Source: Candidatus Thalassarchaeum betae (GTDB lineage: Archaea > Thermoplasmatota > Poseidoniia > Poseidoniales > Thalassarchaeaceae). Taken from it: a DNA stretch of 64,000 nucleotides. Of this stretch, positions 28,890 to 36,926 are shown in pieces. The notes under the pieces are model-generated. The model searched no databases. It was not told where the DNA came from and worked only from the letters and a program-made list of their open reading frames with translations. The stretch lies in contig PSPG01000007.1 in NCBI GenBank assembly GCA_003193925.1, positions 1 to 64,000 on the forward strand, read 5' to 3'. The translations under genes and the position numbers were made by a program. Within the stretch, counting starts at the first letter, position 1. Each line of letters opens with the position of its first letter.

Positions 28890-31331
28890 TCAGCCTTCTA
28901 CGGTTGCCGAGTCCTGGTCTTCCTCACCGGGATCTTCCTCGCCGTCATCGACTTTGGCTTCCTCGTCGTCATCCTCGTAGTAGTAGGTCTCGGGAGTCTC
29001 GTAGCCGGGAAGTTCGAGCTCGACCATGAGCTCGAGGTTGTCGGTCCTGTGGACCGAGGCGCCGGCGGTGGAGAAGGCGTAGACGTAGTCGCCCATGAAG
29101 ATGGAGCGTCGGATGCTGGTGGAGCCGCCCCACCAGCCCGAGAGGCCGTCCTCGTTGTAGAAGTCGGAGTGGTTGACCATGCCGTGGATGCCGAGGGTGC
29201 CGTTCTCGGCGTCGACGTCGATCAATTGCAGGGTGGAGGCGAACTCGTAGCCCGAGTAGGTGTAGACGCGGCCGTCGATCTCTACTTGGTCGTACGTGTA
29301 TCGATAGGTGGAGAGCGGTACAGCGAGCAGTTGCTCGGGCGCCCAGTAGGTGAACGCCTTGTGCTCGTAGGTGGCCTCGGAGTAGGACCACGACCAGCCG
29401 CAGCTCCACTCGTCGCAGTTCTCGTCCTCGTAGCCAGGCGAGAGCGGCAGGGCGTCAGCGAGGACCGGGTTGGTCGGGTCGCTGACGTCGAAGAGCGAGA
29501 TCTGGGTCACGGACCAGTCGAGCCCGAGTCCGTCCGGGCCTGGCCCGATGCCAATGGTCAGGAGCGTGTCGGCGTCGATCGGGTGGATGTAGGTGGAGAC
29601 GCCGGGGATCTCGAGCTCGCCGAGGATCTCGGGGTCGGTTGGGTCAGAGAGGTCGATGACCCACAGCGGGTCCATGTTGCGGAAGGTCACGAGGTAGGCG
29701 CGGTCGCCCACGAAGCGGGCGCTCCAGATGCGCTCTCCGGCGGCGATGTCGCCGACGTGGCCAATCTCCACAAGCTCCGAGGTCTCGTCCTCGCAGCCCT
29801 CGGGAATCATGCACTCGGTGGCTGCGAGCGTGAACACGTTGTTCGTCGGCCCGGTCCACTCCTCGGTCTCGAGCCACCAGCGGCCCCAGGCGTCCTGGGT
29901 GGTAGCCACGCGGATGATGCCGTTGAGCTCAGAGAGCGAGAACTGGTCCTGCACCGTACCGTCGACCCTGCCAGATGCGACGTAGGTGGTCTCAGACGGG
30001 TCACTGATGTCGAAGATGTGAATGTTGGTCGCGTCGTCCCAGCCGGAATTGCGCCAGAACCACCACCAGTCGTTGGCGGGCTCGGCCAGAACCATGACGT
30101 CCTGAGAGGCGTAGACGTGGGCCCAAGACGAGGTGATGTGGTCGACTTCCAAGTCGACGTCGTCGCTGAACATCTGAATCGTCATAATCGTGGTGAAGCC
30201 GCGGCCGGCGCTGTCGGCGCTGGCGGCGAATTCGCTGCAGTCGCCAGAGCTGGTCGGGTGCTGGAACAGGCCCTGCGAGCCGATCTCGTAGATGTGTGGG
30301 GCGAAGTCATCCAGAGTTAGGTCATAGATGATCGCCGTGTTGGATGCTATGGTCTCCTCCATGCTCTCGTTCCAGATTTCCATCCTCTCCTCGTCGCTCT
30401 CGACGTTCCAGTAGTCCTCGGGCAAGTAGACCCAGGTACGCAGTCCCTCGATGTAAGTCCACAGGTGAGTCACCGAGCGGACGGTGCCGTCAACTAGTCG
30501 GGCGGTGTGGTAGTTGCCCTCGACGTAGATCTCGCGCTCCACCAAGGGAGCGGTTCGGTCGCTGACGTCGATGACGGTGTACTTGACTAGGTTCTGCACG
30601 CGCGTGTAGGTGTAGGAGTACTCTTCCTGACCGGGATAACTGACCGTCACCTCCTCGGACATGAACTCCCTGAGGGGGTCGTCCTGGTCGAGGCTCCAGT
30701 AGTAGATAGCCGATGCGACCACGAGCCGGTCTCCGTCGAGCATCATCTGCATCGGATAGCCCTGGATGCTCATGTTCGACTCGAGCGTGAGCTCGCCGAA
30801 CTCTGGCACTCCCATAATCACCAACAGGTTTCCGTTGAGCATGTAGATGTGGTAGCCGTCGGTCTTGAGGAAGTCAGCCTCATCGACGCCCTCCTCCTGG
30901 TTGTTGGTCTCGGAGTACTCGCCCTCGCGACTCGTATCGGCGCTGTTGGATGAGCCGGCGTCGCCGTCTGCGCTGGCCACGGGAGCGCCTTCCATCATCA
31001 CGTCGTCCTCCATCCAGACGCCGCCGCCGCGCCAGACCGGGCCCGCCCAGTGCCAGTAGGACTCCTGGTCGAGCGCGACCAGCATCTCGTTGTTCACGGA
31101 GCCCTGTAGGTCAGCGAGGAGGAGTTCGCACTCGTCGTAGTTGTCGAGGACCGGCGAGGTGCGCTCGCGGGTCGGCAGATCCAGTCCGGGGTACTCCCCC
31201 TCGAGCCAGTCGAGAACGGGGTCGATCACTACGTCGTCGATATCGTCGACAACGTCGTCCATCAGGCCTAGGCAGCCTGAGCTGAGCATCATCACAAGCA
31301 CCAGCATCGTAGCCGTGGGGCTTCTGTTCAT
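28890..31331 (-). CDS. Secreted beta-propeller domain lipoprotein (Beta_propel family), very acidic
   Basis: Lipobox-like LSSGC; YSETNNQEEGVDEADFLKTDG, QFSLSE...RVATT, GERIWSARF.GDRAYLVTF..DPL.VIDLSDP..P.ILGELEIPG.STYIHP. Confidence 0.88.
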   Translation of the reverse strand: MNRSPTATMLVLVMMLSSGCLGLMDDVVDDIDDVVIDPVLDWLEGEYPGLDLPTRERTSPVLDNYDECELLLADLQGSVNNEMLVALDQESYWHWAGPVWRGGGVWMEDDVMMEGAPVASADGDAGSSNSADTSREGEYSETNNQEEGVDEADFLKTDGYHIYMLNGNLLVIMGVPEFGELTLESNMSIQGYPMQMMLDGDRLVVASAIYYWSLDQDDPLREFMSEEVTVSYPGQEEYSYTYTRVQNLVKYTVIDVSDRTAPLVEREIYVEGNYHTARLVDGTVRSVTHLWTYIEGLRTWVYLPEDYWNVESDEERMEIWNESMEETIASNTAIIYDLTLDDFAPHIYEIGSQGLFQHPTSSGDCSEFAASADSAGRGFTTIMTIQMFSDDVDLEVDHITSSWAHVYASQDVMVLAEPANDWWWFWRNSGWDDATNIHIFDISDPSETTYVASGRVDGTVQDQFSLSELNGIIRVATTQDAWGRWWLETEEWTGPTNNVFTLAATECMIPEGCEDETSELVEIGHVGDIAAGERIWSARFVGDRAYLVTFRNMDPLWVIDLSDPTDPEILGELEIPGVSTYIHPIDADTLLTIGIGPGPDGLGLDWSVTQISLFDVSDPTNPVLADALPLSPGYEDENCDEWSCGWSWSYSEATYEHKAFTYWAPEQLLAVPLSTYRYTYDQVEIDGRVYTYSGYEFASTLQLIDVDAENGTLGIHGMVNHSDFYNEDGLSGWWGGSTSIRRSIFMGDYVYAFSTAGASVHRTDNLELMVELELPGYETPETYYYEDDDEEAKVDDGEEDPGEEDQDSATVEG

Positions 31332-31408
31332 GCGGTGGGCGAATCGCTGGACGGATATCAAGCGGTTGGTGAGATGATTGGACAATTGTCCGGCCTCAGG
31401 CCTCGAAT

Positions 31409-31612
31409 TCAAACCATGGGCTCGCGTGGGAAGAACGGGAGAACCAGCGCATTGCGCAGCATTGGGGCAGGGATCGGATCCTCAGTATCCTCCTCCTTCC
31501 GGGTCATGGCGTTCGTCGTTCCAACGTCTCCCTCTTCGGTACCGGAGACGAGGCCTTGCGTGCCGCTCAGGAAAATCAGCGCGGCGATGTGTAGGTCCAG
31601 GTTTCGGTCCAT
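31409..31612 (-). CDS. 67-aa putative secreted peptide, N-terminally paralogous to the dockerin protein
   Basis: MDRNLDLHIAALIFLSGTQGLVSG..GDVGTT aligns with MDRTVDLTIAALIFLAGTAGLVSG..GDVETT; same TATA-like motif at the same spacing. Confidence 0.65.
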   Translation of the reverse strand: MDRNLDLHIAALIFLSGTQGLVSGTEEGDVGTTNAMTRKEEDTEDPIPAPMLRNALVLPFFPREPMV

Positions 31613-31637
31613 GAACAGCAATCATCTGCATACCCGA

Positions 31638-31643
31638 CATAAG
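31638..31643 (-). promoter_or_regulatory. TATA-like box CTTATG of a leaderless promoter
   Basis: Same motif and spacing as at 34025-34030; similar boxes at 53229-53234 (-) and 61788-61793 (+). Confidence 0.55.
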
Positions 31644-31671
31644 CGGCTTGGGTCCATGAGTCACTCTTGCA

Positions 31672-32310
31672 TCAACTCCCGACCAAAGGCACGAAGCGGA
31701 CGCCGCATACGTCGCTTCGGTGCAGTGCGCCGTCCTTCTCCTGCCACTTCGCCAGACGCTGCCTCCTCCACCTGCCTATAGGTGCCACTATGGTGCCGCC
31801 AGGGGTTATCTGCTCGGGCCACGCCGCGGGCAGTCTCTTGGCGCAGGCGGCTGCGATGATCGCTTCGTACGGAGCGTGCTCGATCAGGCCCGTCTGCCCG
31901 TTGGCTGCTCTCAGCGAAGCAGGGGTGAGATCCAGTTCCTCCAGAGTCGTCCTCGAGGCCTCGGCGAGCTTCGGCAGAATCTCGATCGCGTGCACCTCTA
32001 GGCCCATGTGGACGAGAATGGCGGTCTGGTAGCCGGAGCCCGAGCCGATCTCGAGCACCTTGGCCCCCTCTTCGAGTTCGCTCAGGAGGCTGCTCATCAT
32101 CGCGACGATATACGGCTGGCTGATGGTCTGGCCGCTACCGATGGGAACGGGGCGGTCGCCGTAAGCCAGCCCGAGCTTGCTCGAAGGCACGAAGCGGTGA
32201 CGGGGAATCTCCCTCATTGCAGCTAGGACGCGCTCGTCGCTGATTCCCCGCGCCACCAGCTGCTTGTCCACCATCGCCTCCCTCTGGGAGCGTATGGCGG
32301 CGTCGCCCAT
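31672..32310 (-). CDS. pcm: Protein-L-isoaspartate O-methyltransferase
   Basis: RVLAAMREIPRHRFV, AYGDRPVPIGSGQTISQPYIVA, VLEIGSGSGYQTA, VRFVPL. Confidence 0.95.
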   Translation of the reverse strand: MGDAAIRSQREAMVDKQLVARGISDERVLAAMREIPRHRFVPSSKLGLAYGDRPVPIGSGQTISQPYIVAMMSSLLSELEEGAKVLEIGSGSGYQTAILVHMGLEVHAIEILPKLAEASRTTLEELDLTPASLRAANGQTGLIEHAPYEAIIAAACAKRLPAAWPEQITPGGTIVAPIGRWRRQRLAKWQEKDGALHRSDVCGVRFVPLVGS

Positions 32311-32404
32311 CGGAGCACCTCTGGGGCGAGTTCCGCGCCTCCGGACTTGACCTTGACGGTGCGAAGTAGAAAGAAAGAAGGGGTCCGGCGATGCACGCAA
32401 GCGC

Positions 32405-33352
32405 ATGGAAGCGCCGCCGAGCCTCGCGGACGGCAGGGTAGGCAAGATCGAATACCCATCGGCCAACCCTTTCGAGATTCATCACATCCTGCGCAAGATG
32501 GACTCGGTGCCGCCCCACCCCGTATTCGGCTCCCTGCTGGTGCCCGAGCACCCGGTCAGCGAGCCAATGCCGTGCGTGGTCGCCATGCACGGGAGCCTGA
32601 ACTGGTGCGGCCACCACCACGAGCACATCGTGGGCTGGCTCGAAGCCGGCTTCGCCGTCTTTAGGGTGCACAGCTTCGACTCGCGCCGCATCTGGTCCAC
32701 GGTCGAGCGCCAGATGAAAGTGACATACGCCATGATGCTGACGGACGTCTTCCAGGCCCTCAGGATGTTATCCACCCACCCAGCGGTAGATCCCACCCGC
32801 ATCGGGATCGCCGGGTGGAGCCTCGGCGGCACGGTCGCCCTGTACTCGGCCTGGGAGCCCATCGCCGAGGCGCTGGCACCCGGCGGCGAGCGCTTTGCAG
32901 CGCATCTCTCCTTCTATCCCGCAGCGCACCTGCGGATGGATGAGCAACGCTGGTCGCAGAGCCCCATCCTGGTACTGCACGGCTCCGAGGACGACTGGGT
33001 TCCGCTGAGCCTGGTCGAGGGGCTGGTCGAGGACATCAGACCGCACGGCGCGAACATCGAGGTTCACGTCTACGAGGGCGCGCAGCACTCGTTCGACTCG
33101 GTCGAGCCGCTGACCTTCGAACCCAAGGCCATCAGGCTGGACGGCCACATGACCGTCCGCATCGACGTGGAGGGCGACATGTCGTCGGAGATCATGCCGG
33201 GCGTGGTTATTCCGCTCAACGAACCCGAAGAGCGGTTGGCGGCCTTCGCGACCGCCCCCAACCTCGGAATCCACAAGGGGGGGCAGTGGACGGCGCGAAG
33301 GCACGCGCTTGGTTACAGCACTGAGTTCTTCCAGAGGAATCTCAGCGTCTAG
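32405..33352 (+). CDS. Dienelactone hydrolase-family alpha/beta hydrolase
   Basis: VDPTRIGIAGWSLGG, PILVLHGSEDDW, VYEGAQHSFD triad. Confidence 0.88.
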   Translation: MEAPPSLADGRVGKIEYPSANPFEIHHILRKMDSVPPHPVFGSLLVPEHPVSEPMPCVVAMHGSLNWCGHHHEHIVGWLEAGFAVFRVHSFDSRRIWSTVERQMKVTYAMMLTDVFQALRMLSTHPAVDPTRIGIAGWSLGGTVALYSAWEPIAEALAPGGERFAAHLSFYPAAHLRMDEQRWSQSPILVLHGSEDDWVPLSLVEGLVEDIRPHGANIEVHVYEGAQHSFDSVEPLTFEPKAIRLDGHMTVRIDVEGDMSSEIMPGVVIPLNEPEERLAAFATAPNLGIHKGGQWTARRHALGYSTEFFQRNLSV

Positions 33353-33369
33353 TGGTGGCTCGTCCCGCC

Positions 33370-33999
33370 TCAGCAGCGCTCGCACTGAGCGCCCCAGAGG
33401 TGGTTGGCGAGAAGCACCAGGTCGAGCACGTTGACCGCGTGGTCACCGTTGATGTCGGCCCCTGCCATCGAAGCAGGTGCGTCCCCGTAGCCGAGGATAT
33501 ACTGCACCATGACGATGAAATCGCCGAGGTCGACGCTGCCGTCGCCGTTCGCGTCACCGCGAAGCGTGCGCACGGGCTGCAGCTCGGAGATCGCTACCAC
33601 AGGCTTGTCGGCCTTGCTAGCGCTGGTCTTGGCCCGGCTGTCCAGCGACTGCGCGCCGGAGTCGGACTCGTCCTCCCCCCAGAGATAGTCAGCCAGCAGC
33701 ACCAGGTCGGCAACGTCGACCGAGCGGTCGCCGTTGATATCGGCCTGTGCCATCGAAGCAGGTGCGTCCCCGTAGCCGAGGATATACTGCACCATCACGA
33801 TGAAGTCGCCGATGTCGACGCTTCCGTCGTCGTTCGCGTCACCGCGGAGGTAACGCACGTCGAAGGGAGCAGCCTCAGCTGACTCGCCATCCATGTCTTT
33901 CGTCGTTTCAACGTCCCCGATGTATTCACCAGAGACGAGGCCTGCCGTGCCGGCCAAAAAGATCAGCGCGGCGATTGTTAGGTCCACTGTTCGGTCCAT
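33370..33999 (-). CDS. Secreted protein consisting of two type-I dockerin-like domains
   Basis: Signal-like N-terminus; twice LRGDAN.DGSVD.GDFIVMVQYILG...ADINGD..V.V.DLVLLA..LWG (paired F-hand Ca loops). Confidence 0.85.
   Translation of the reverse strand: MDRTVDLTIAALIFLAGTAGLVSGEYIGDVETTKDMDGESAEAAPFDVRYLRGDANDDGSVDIGDFIVMVQYILGYGDAPASMAQADINGDRSVDVADLVLLADYLWGEDESDSGAQSLDSRAKTSASKADKPVVAISELQPVRTLRGDANGDGSVDLGDFIVMVQYILGYGDAPASMAGADINGDHAVNVLDLVLLANHLWGAQCERC
33390..33850 (-). repeat. Internal direct repeat (period 285 nt) encoding the two dockerins
   Basis: gccatcgaagcaggtgcgtccccgtagccgaggatatactgcaccat is identical in both copies (anchors at 33491 and 33776). Confidence 0.92.
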
Positions 34000-34024
34000 G
34001 AAACAACCCCATCGGTGTACTAGA

Positions 34025-34030
34025 CATAAG
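34025..34030 (-). promoter_or_regulatory. TATA-like box CTTATG for the dockerin gene
   Basis: Position relative to ATG identical to that of the paralogous promoter at 31638. Confidence 0.55.
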
Positions 34031-34079
34031 TAACTTGGTTCAATGATTGGACATTCTTCAACGCCGAGAAGGTGAATCA

Positions 34080-34330
34080 GAGGGTAGGGAATCCACTACC
34101 GAGCAGTCACTCGGTGGGTATGCAGCAGAATTGGTTGGTTGGGCTTACCGAGGCACCCATGAAACTAGCAACCAATGGATAGGGTTCACCTAGGAACCCA
34201 CGCGACCACTAGTGGTTAGTTGGGTTCCCTACCTACTACCCGTGGTTGATAGGGCCCCCCCATACCCCATTCAACCACCCGTGATGGATAGGGGGCCCCT
34301 TGCAACCTACCATTCAAGCAGGGCACCCCC
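34080..34330. repeat. Non-coding block of nested inverted repeats and degenerate WAGGG-NN-CCC motifs
   Basis: IR 34083-34095/34221-34233 (12/13), 34098-34103/34110-34115, 34130-34137/34169-34176, 34242-34249/34271-34278; palindrome 34205-34216; direct repeat 34236-34259/34275-34298 (19/24). Confidence 0.7.
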
Positions 34331-34340
34331 TTCTGCAATC

Positions 34341-34472
34341 GTGGCCAAGGACGACACTAGCACGATGTTCAAGCTCGGGACATTCGACGGTTTGAGCCCA
34401 CGATCTCTCGTGCTGCAAGGCTTGGGCTTGGGCGTAGTGGCTGCCGTATTGTGGTGGTATCCCGGTCCATGA
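34341..34472 (+). CDS. 43-aa putative membrane peptide or gene remnant
   Basis: GTG start 22 nt after a TTCAAG box; MAKDDTSTMFKLGTFDGLSPRSLVLQGLGLGVVAAVLWWYPGP*; ATGA overlap with the GNAT gene. Confidence 0.45.
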   Translation: MAKDDTSTMFKLGTFDGLSPRSLVLQGLGLGVVAAVLWWYPGP

Positions 34473-34945
34473 TCCGTGAATGCCTCGAAGACGATTTTGA
34501 AGCGATCTACGAGATCATCAACGACGCCGCACAAGCTTATCGGGGAATCATCCCACCCGACCGTTGGCACGACCCGTACATGCCTCGAGGAGAACTTCGG
34601 GAGGAGATATCGGCCGGGGTCGCTTTCCTGGGTTATGAAAAAGAGGGGGAGTTGGCCGGGGTGATGGGGACACAAGACGTTCAGGACGTGACGCTGATCC
34701 GTCACGCCTACGTGCGCACCGCGCATCGCAACCAGGGCATCGGCGGGGAGCTCTTGGGCCAGATTATGGACGGGGCAACCCGTCCGGTCTTGATAGGCAC
34801 CTGGGCCGATGCGTTCTGGGCGATCCATTTCTACGAACGCCACGGTTTCACAGTGGTCTCACCGGGGGAGAAGGAACGGCTGCTGCGGAAGTATTGGAGC
34901 GTGCCAGACCGTCAGATTGTGACGTCCGTGGTGCTGGCCGCCTAG
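34469..34945 (+). CDS. GNAT N-acetyltransferase
   Basis: IINDAAQAYRGIIP, LIRHAYVRTAHRNQGIGGELL, WAIHFYERHGF. Confidence 0.9.
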   Translation: MIRECLEDDFEAIYEIINDAAQAYRGIIPPDRWHDPYMPRGELREEISAGVAFLGYEKEGELAGVMGTQDVQDVTLIRHAYVRTAHRNQGIGGELLGQIMDGATRPVLIGTWADAFWAIHFYERHGFTVVSPGEKERLLRKYWSVPDRQIVTSVVLAA

Positions 34946-34949
34946 TGAT

Positions 34950-35792
34950 TCAGGCTGCAGCCTCGACCCGGGCGACCTCTCTGGAGGAGATCAGCACGTT
35001 CTTCCCGGTATCGGAGAGTCGCCACTTGGGGCGTCTGGCCTCCGTGGCTGGCTCGACCATCCTGCCGTTGCGCAGCTCGCTCAGGTGGTGGCTCAGCAGC
35101 TGCCGCGAGATGGCCAGCTTAACGCGGATCTCGGTGCCCGAGAGCCCGATGTTGCCCGACTCCGCCAGCACTTCGAGGATCGCCAGGCGGGTGCCGGCGA
35201 TCGGGTTGCGAATCCGGCTGACCGCCTCCTTGGTCAGGCTGGCGATGGCGTAACGGCGCAGCTTGCCGTCCCTCCACGAGATGATTTGGCCTTGTGACTC
35301 GAGGGTGTGGAGGTGGTATGCGGTGACTCCGTTGGCAAGGCCCAGGGCGTCACGCAGGGCGGAGAAGTGGATTCCCGCGTTCGCCTCGAGGTAACCGAGC
35401 AGCCTACCGCGGGTGAGCATGTCATCGCGGTTGCTCTTCATCCTAGCGAGCATCGGGGAGACCAGTGCGACGAGCACGGTGACCCGCATCACCTCGAACA
35501 GGATCGAGCCGAGTGCAAGCGAGCCGAGAGCGCCCACCCCGCCGGCGAGAAGTCGGGCGGGCAGGTCGGAGGCGGAGTCGTCGTCCTTCTCCCCGCGCTT
35601 CAGTACGGGCCCCCCGTCCGAGCTCTCCGAGTCCCCCGAAGAGTCCTCTTCGGCAAACGTGGGGGCCGTGCCCCTATCGTCATCGACGGTGTCGACGATG
35701 TCGTCGACGGGGGCGTTCATCATCCAGCCCCCGGCGAGCATCGCAGCCACCGCCAGAGCGGTCACGAAACGCACCGTCCGGACGCCTTCCAT
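34950..35792 (-). CDS. Membrane-anchored double winged-helix transcriptional regulator
   Basis: Two N-terminal hydrophobic segments; RGRLLGYLEANAGIHFSALRDALGLANG...YHLHTLE and EIRVKLAISRQLLSHHLSEL wHTH domains. Confidence 0.8.
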   Translation of the reverse strand: MEGVRTVRFVTALAVAAMLAGGWMMNAPVDDIVDTVDDDRGTAPTFAEEDSSGDSESSDGGPVLKRGEKDDDSASDLPARLLAGGVGALGSLALGSILFEVMRVTVLVALVSPMLARMKSNRDDMLTRGRLLGYLEANAGIHFSALRDALGLANGVTAYHLHTLESQGQIISWRDGKLRRYAIASLTKEAVSRIRNPIAGTRLAILEVLAESGNIGLSGTEIRVKLAISRQLLSHHLSELRNGRMVEPATEARRPKWRLSDTGKNVLISSREVARVEAAA

Positions 35793-35894
35793 CACTCTGC
35801 GCAACCCTCCTTCACCTATGACTGCCGTGGTGAATTGGTTTGACAAATCAGAGTGGTGTTGAATAGTGGAACTCCCATCACGGGCCGAGCAGCG

Positions 35895-36926
35895 ATGGCC
35901 GAGGAGTCAGATGTTACCATTGGTGACGACGACGAGCGAGCGGAGGCCATGCTTACCGCAGCCCGCTCTGTAGTGAGGACCTGTATGCAGGTCCGGCCTC
36001 ACGAGCACGTGCTGGTGGTCACCGACCCGTCGACTTCCAAGGTCGGGCGCTCCTTGTACGAGGCAGCGGCTGAGGTCACCGATAGGATACTCATGATGAT
36101 GATGCCGCGCAGCCACAGGCAGGGCAACGAGCCACCTTCATCCGTCGGCGACCTGATGCGTCGCCAGAACGTGGTACTGCTCGCCACTCGCAATTCCCTG
36201 ACCCACACCCGTGCGAGAATCACCGCCTCACGAGAGGGAGCTAGGATAGCCTCGATGCCCGGCATCGATGAGGAGATGCTGGCAATCGGCGGGATGACCG
36301 CTGACTACAACGCCCTGCAGCGTGAGATATCGGGCCTCAACCCAATACTTCGCAGGCGTCGCGACGTCCGTGTCACGAGTCCGGCCGGGACCGACGTCAA
36401 ATTCCGCACCGGCGCCAGATGGGTCTTGGAGGACAACGGCATCTGCAACCGGCCGGGACAGATCGCCAACCTGCCTGCAGGGAAGGTGTTCGTCCTCCCG
36501 AAAGAGGGGTCGATGAACGGCAAGGTCGTAATAGACGGCTCGTGGGAAGGGGAACTGCTCGATGAGCCGTTGATTTTCCTCGTAGAGGACGGTCTGGTCG
36601 TAGGCATCACAGGCGGCGAGCTCGCTGAGAGCGTCCAATCTGTCCTGGACGAGGCCAAGGTCGGGCTGCGCCAGTCCAAGGCCGGCCTGGTCAACACGGT
36701 CGCCGAGTTCGGCTTCGGGATGAACTCACGAGCCAGACTGACCGGAAACAGGCTCGAGGATCAGGTGGTTCGCGGCTCCGCTTACTTCGGATTCGGCGAC
36801 AACACCGCCCTCGGTGGGAGTGCGAATGTCGGAGTGCACATGCGCGGTGTCATGCTCAAACCGAGCATCGAGCTCAATGACGTCGATCTCGTGCTCAAGG
36901 GCAAGGTCACTGCCCGCAAGAGGTGA
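35895..36926 (+). CDS. Aminopeptidase, M29/thermophilic metalloprotease-like
   Basis: SLTHTRAR, GARIASMPGI, NLPAGKVF..P...NGKVVIDG, VAEFGFGMN, GDNTALGG; some metal ligands look substituted. Confidence 0.78.
   Translation: MAEESDVTIGDDDERAEAMLTAARSVVRTCMQVRPHEHVLVVTDPSTSKVGRSLYEAAAEVTDRILMMMMPRSHRQGNEPPSSVGDLMRRQNVVLLATRNSLTHTRARITASREGARIASMPGIDEEMLAIGGMTADYNALQREISGLNPILRRRRDVRVTSPAGTDVKFRTGARWVLEDNGICNRPGQIANLPAGKVFVLPKEGSMNGKVVIDGSWEGELLDEPLIFLVEDGLVVGITGGELAESVQSVLDEAKVGLRQSKAGLVNTVAEFGFGMNSRARLTGNRLEDQVVRGSAYFGFGDNTALGGSANVGVHMRGVMLKPSIELNDVDLVLKGKVTARKR

Noticed and set aside
29049-30320. 423-aa plus-strand ORF
   Set aside because: Antisense shadow of the beta-propeller gene, expected from strong codon bias in GC-rich DNA; no motifs
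33390-33850. Near-identical repeat pair as a DGR template/variable repeat
   Set aside because: Both copies are coding in the same ORF, differences are not adenine-specific, and no RT is present
34080-34330. RNase P RNA, SRP RNA, oriC (ORB) or CRISPR
   Set aside because: No GAGGAAAGTCC, no SRP helix-8 motif, no TCCA-GAAAC/G-string ORB or adjacent cdc6, no constant repeat-spacer period
34212-34340. Upstream extension of the 86-aa ORF 34212-34472
   Set aside because: Runs through the repeat block with Pro-rich, non-protein-like sequence; a TTCAAG box points to a start at 34341
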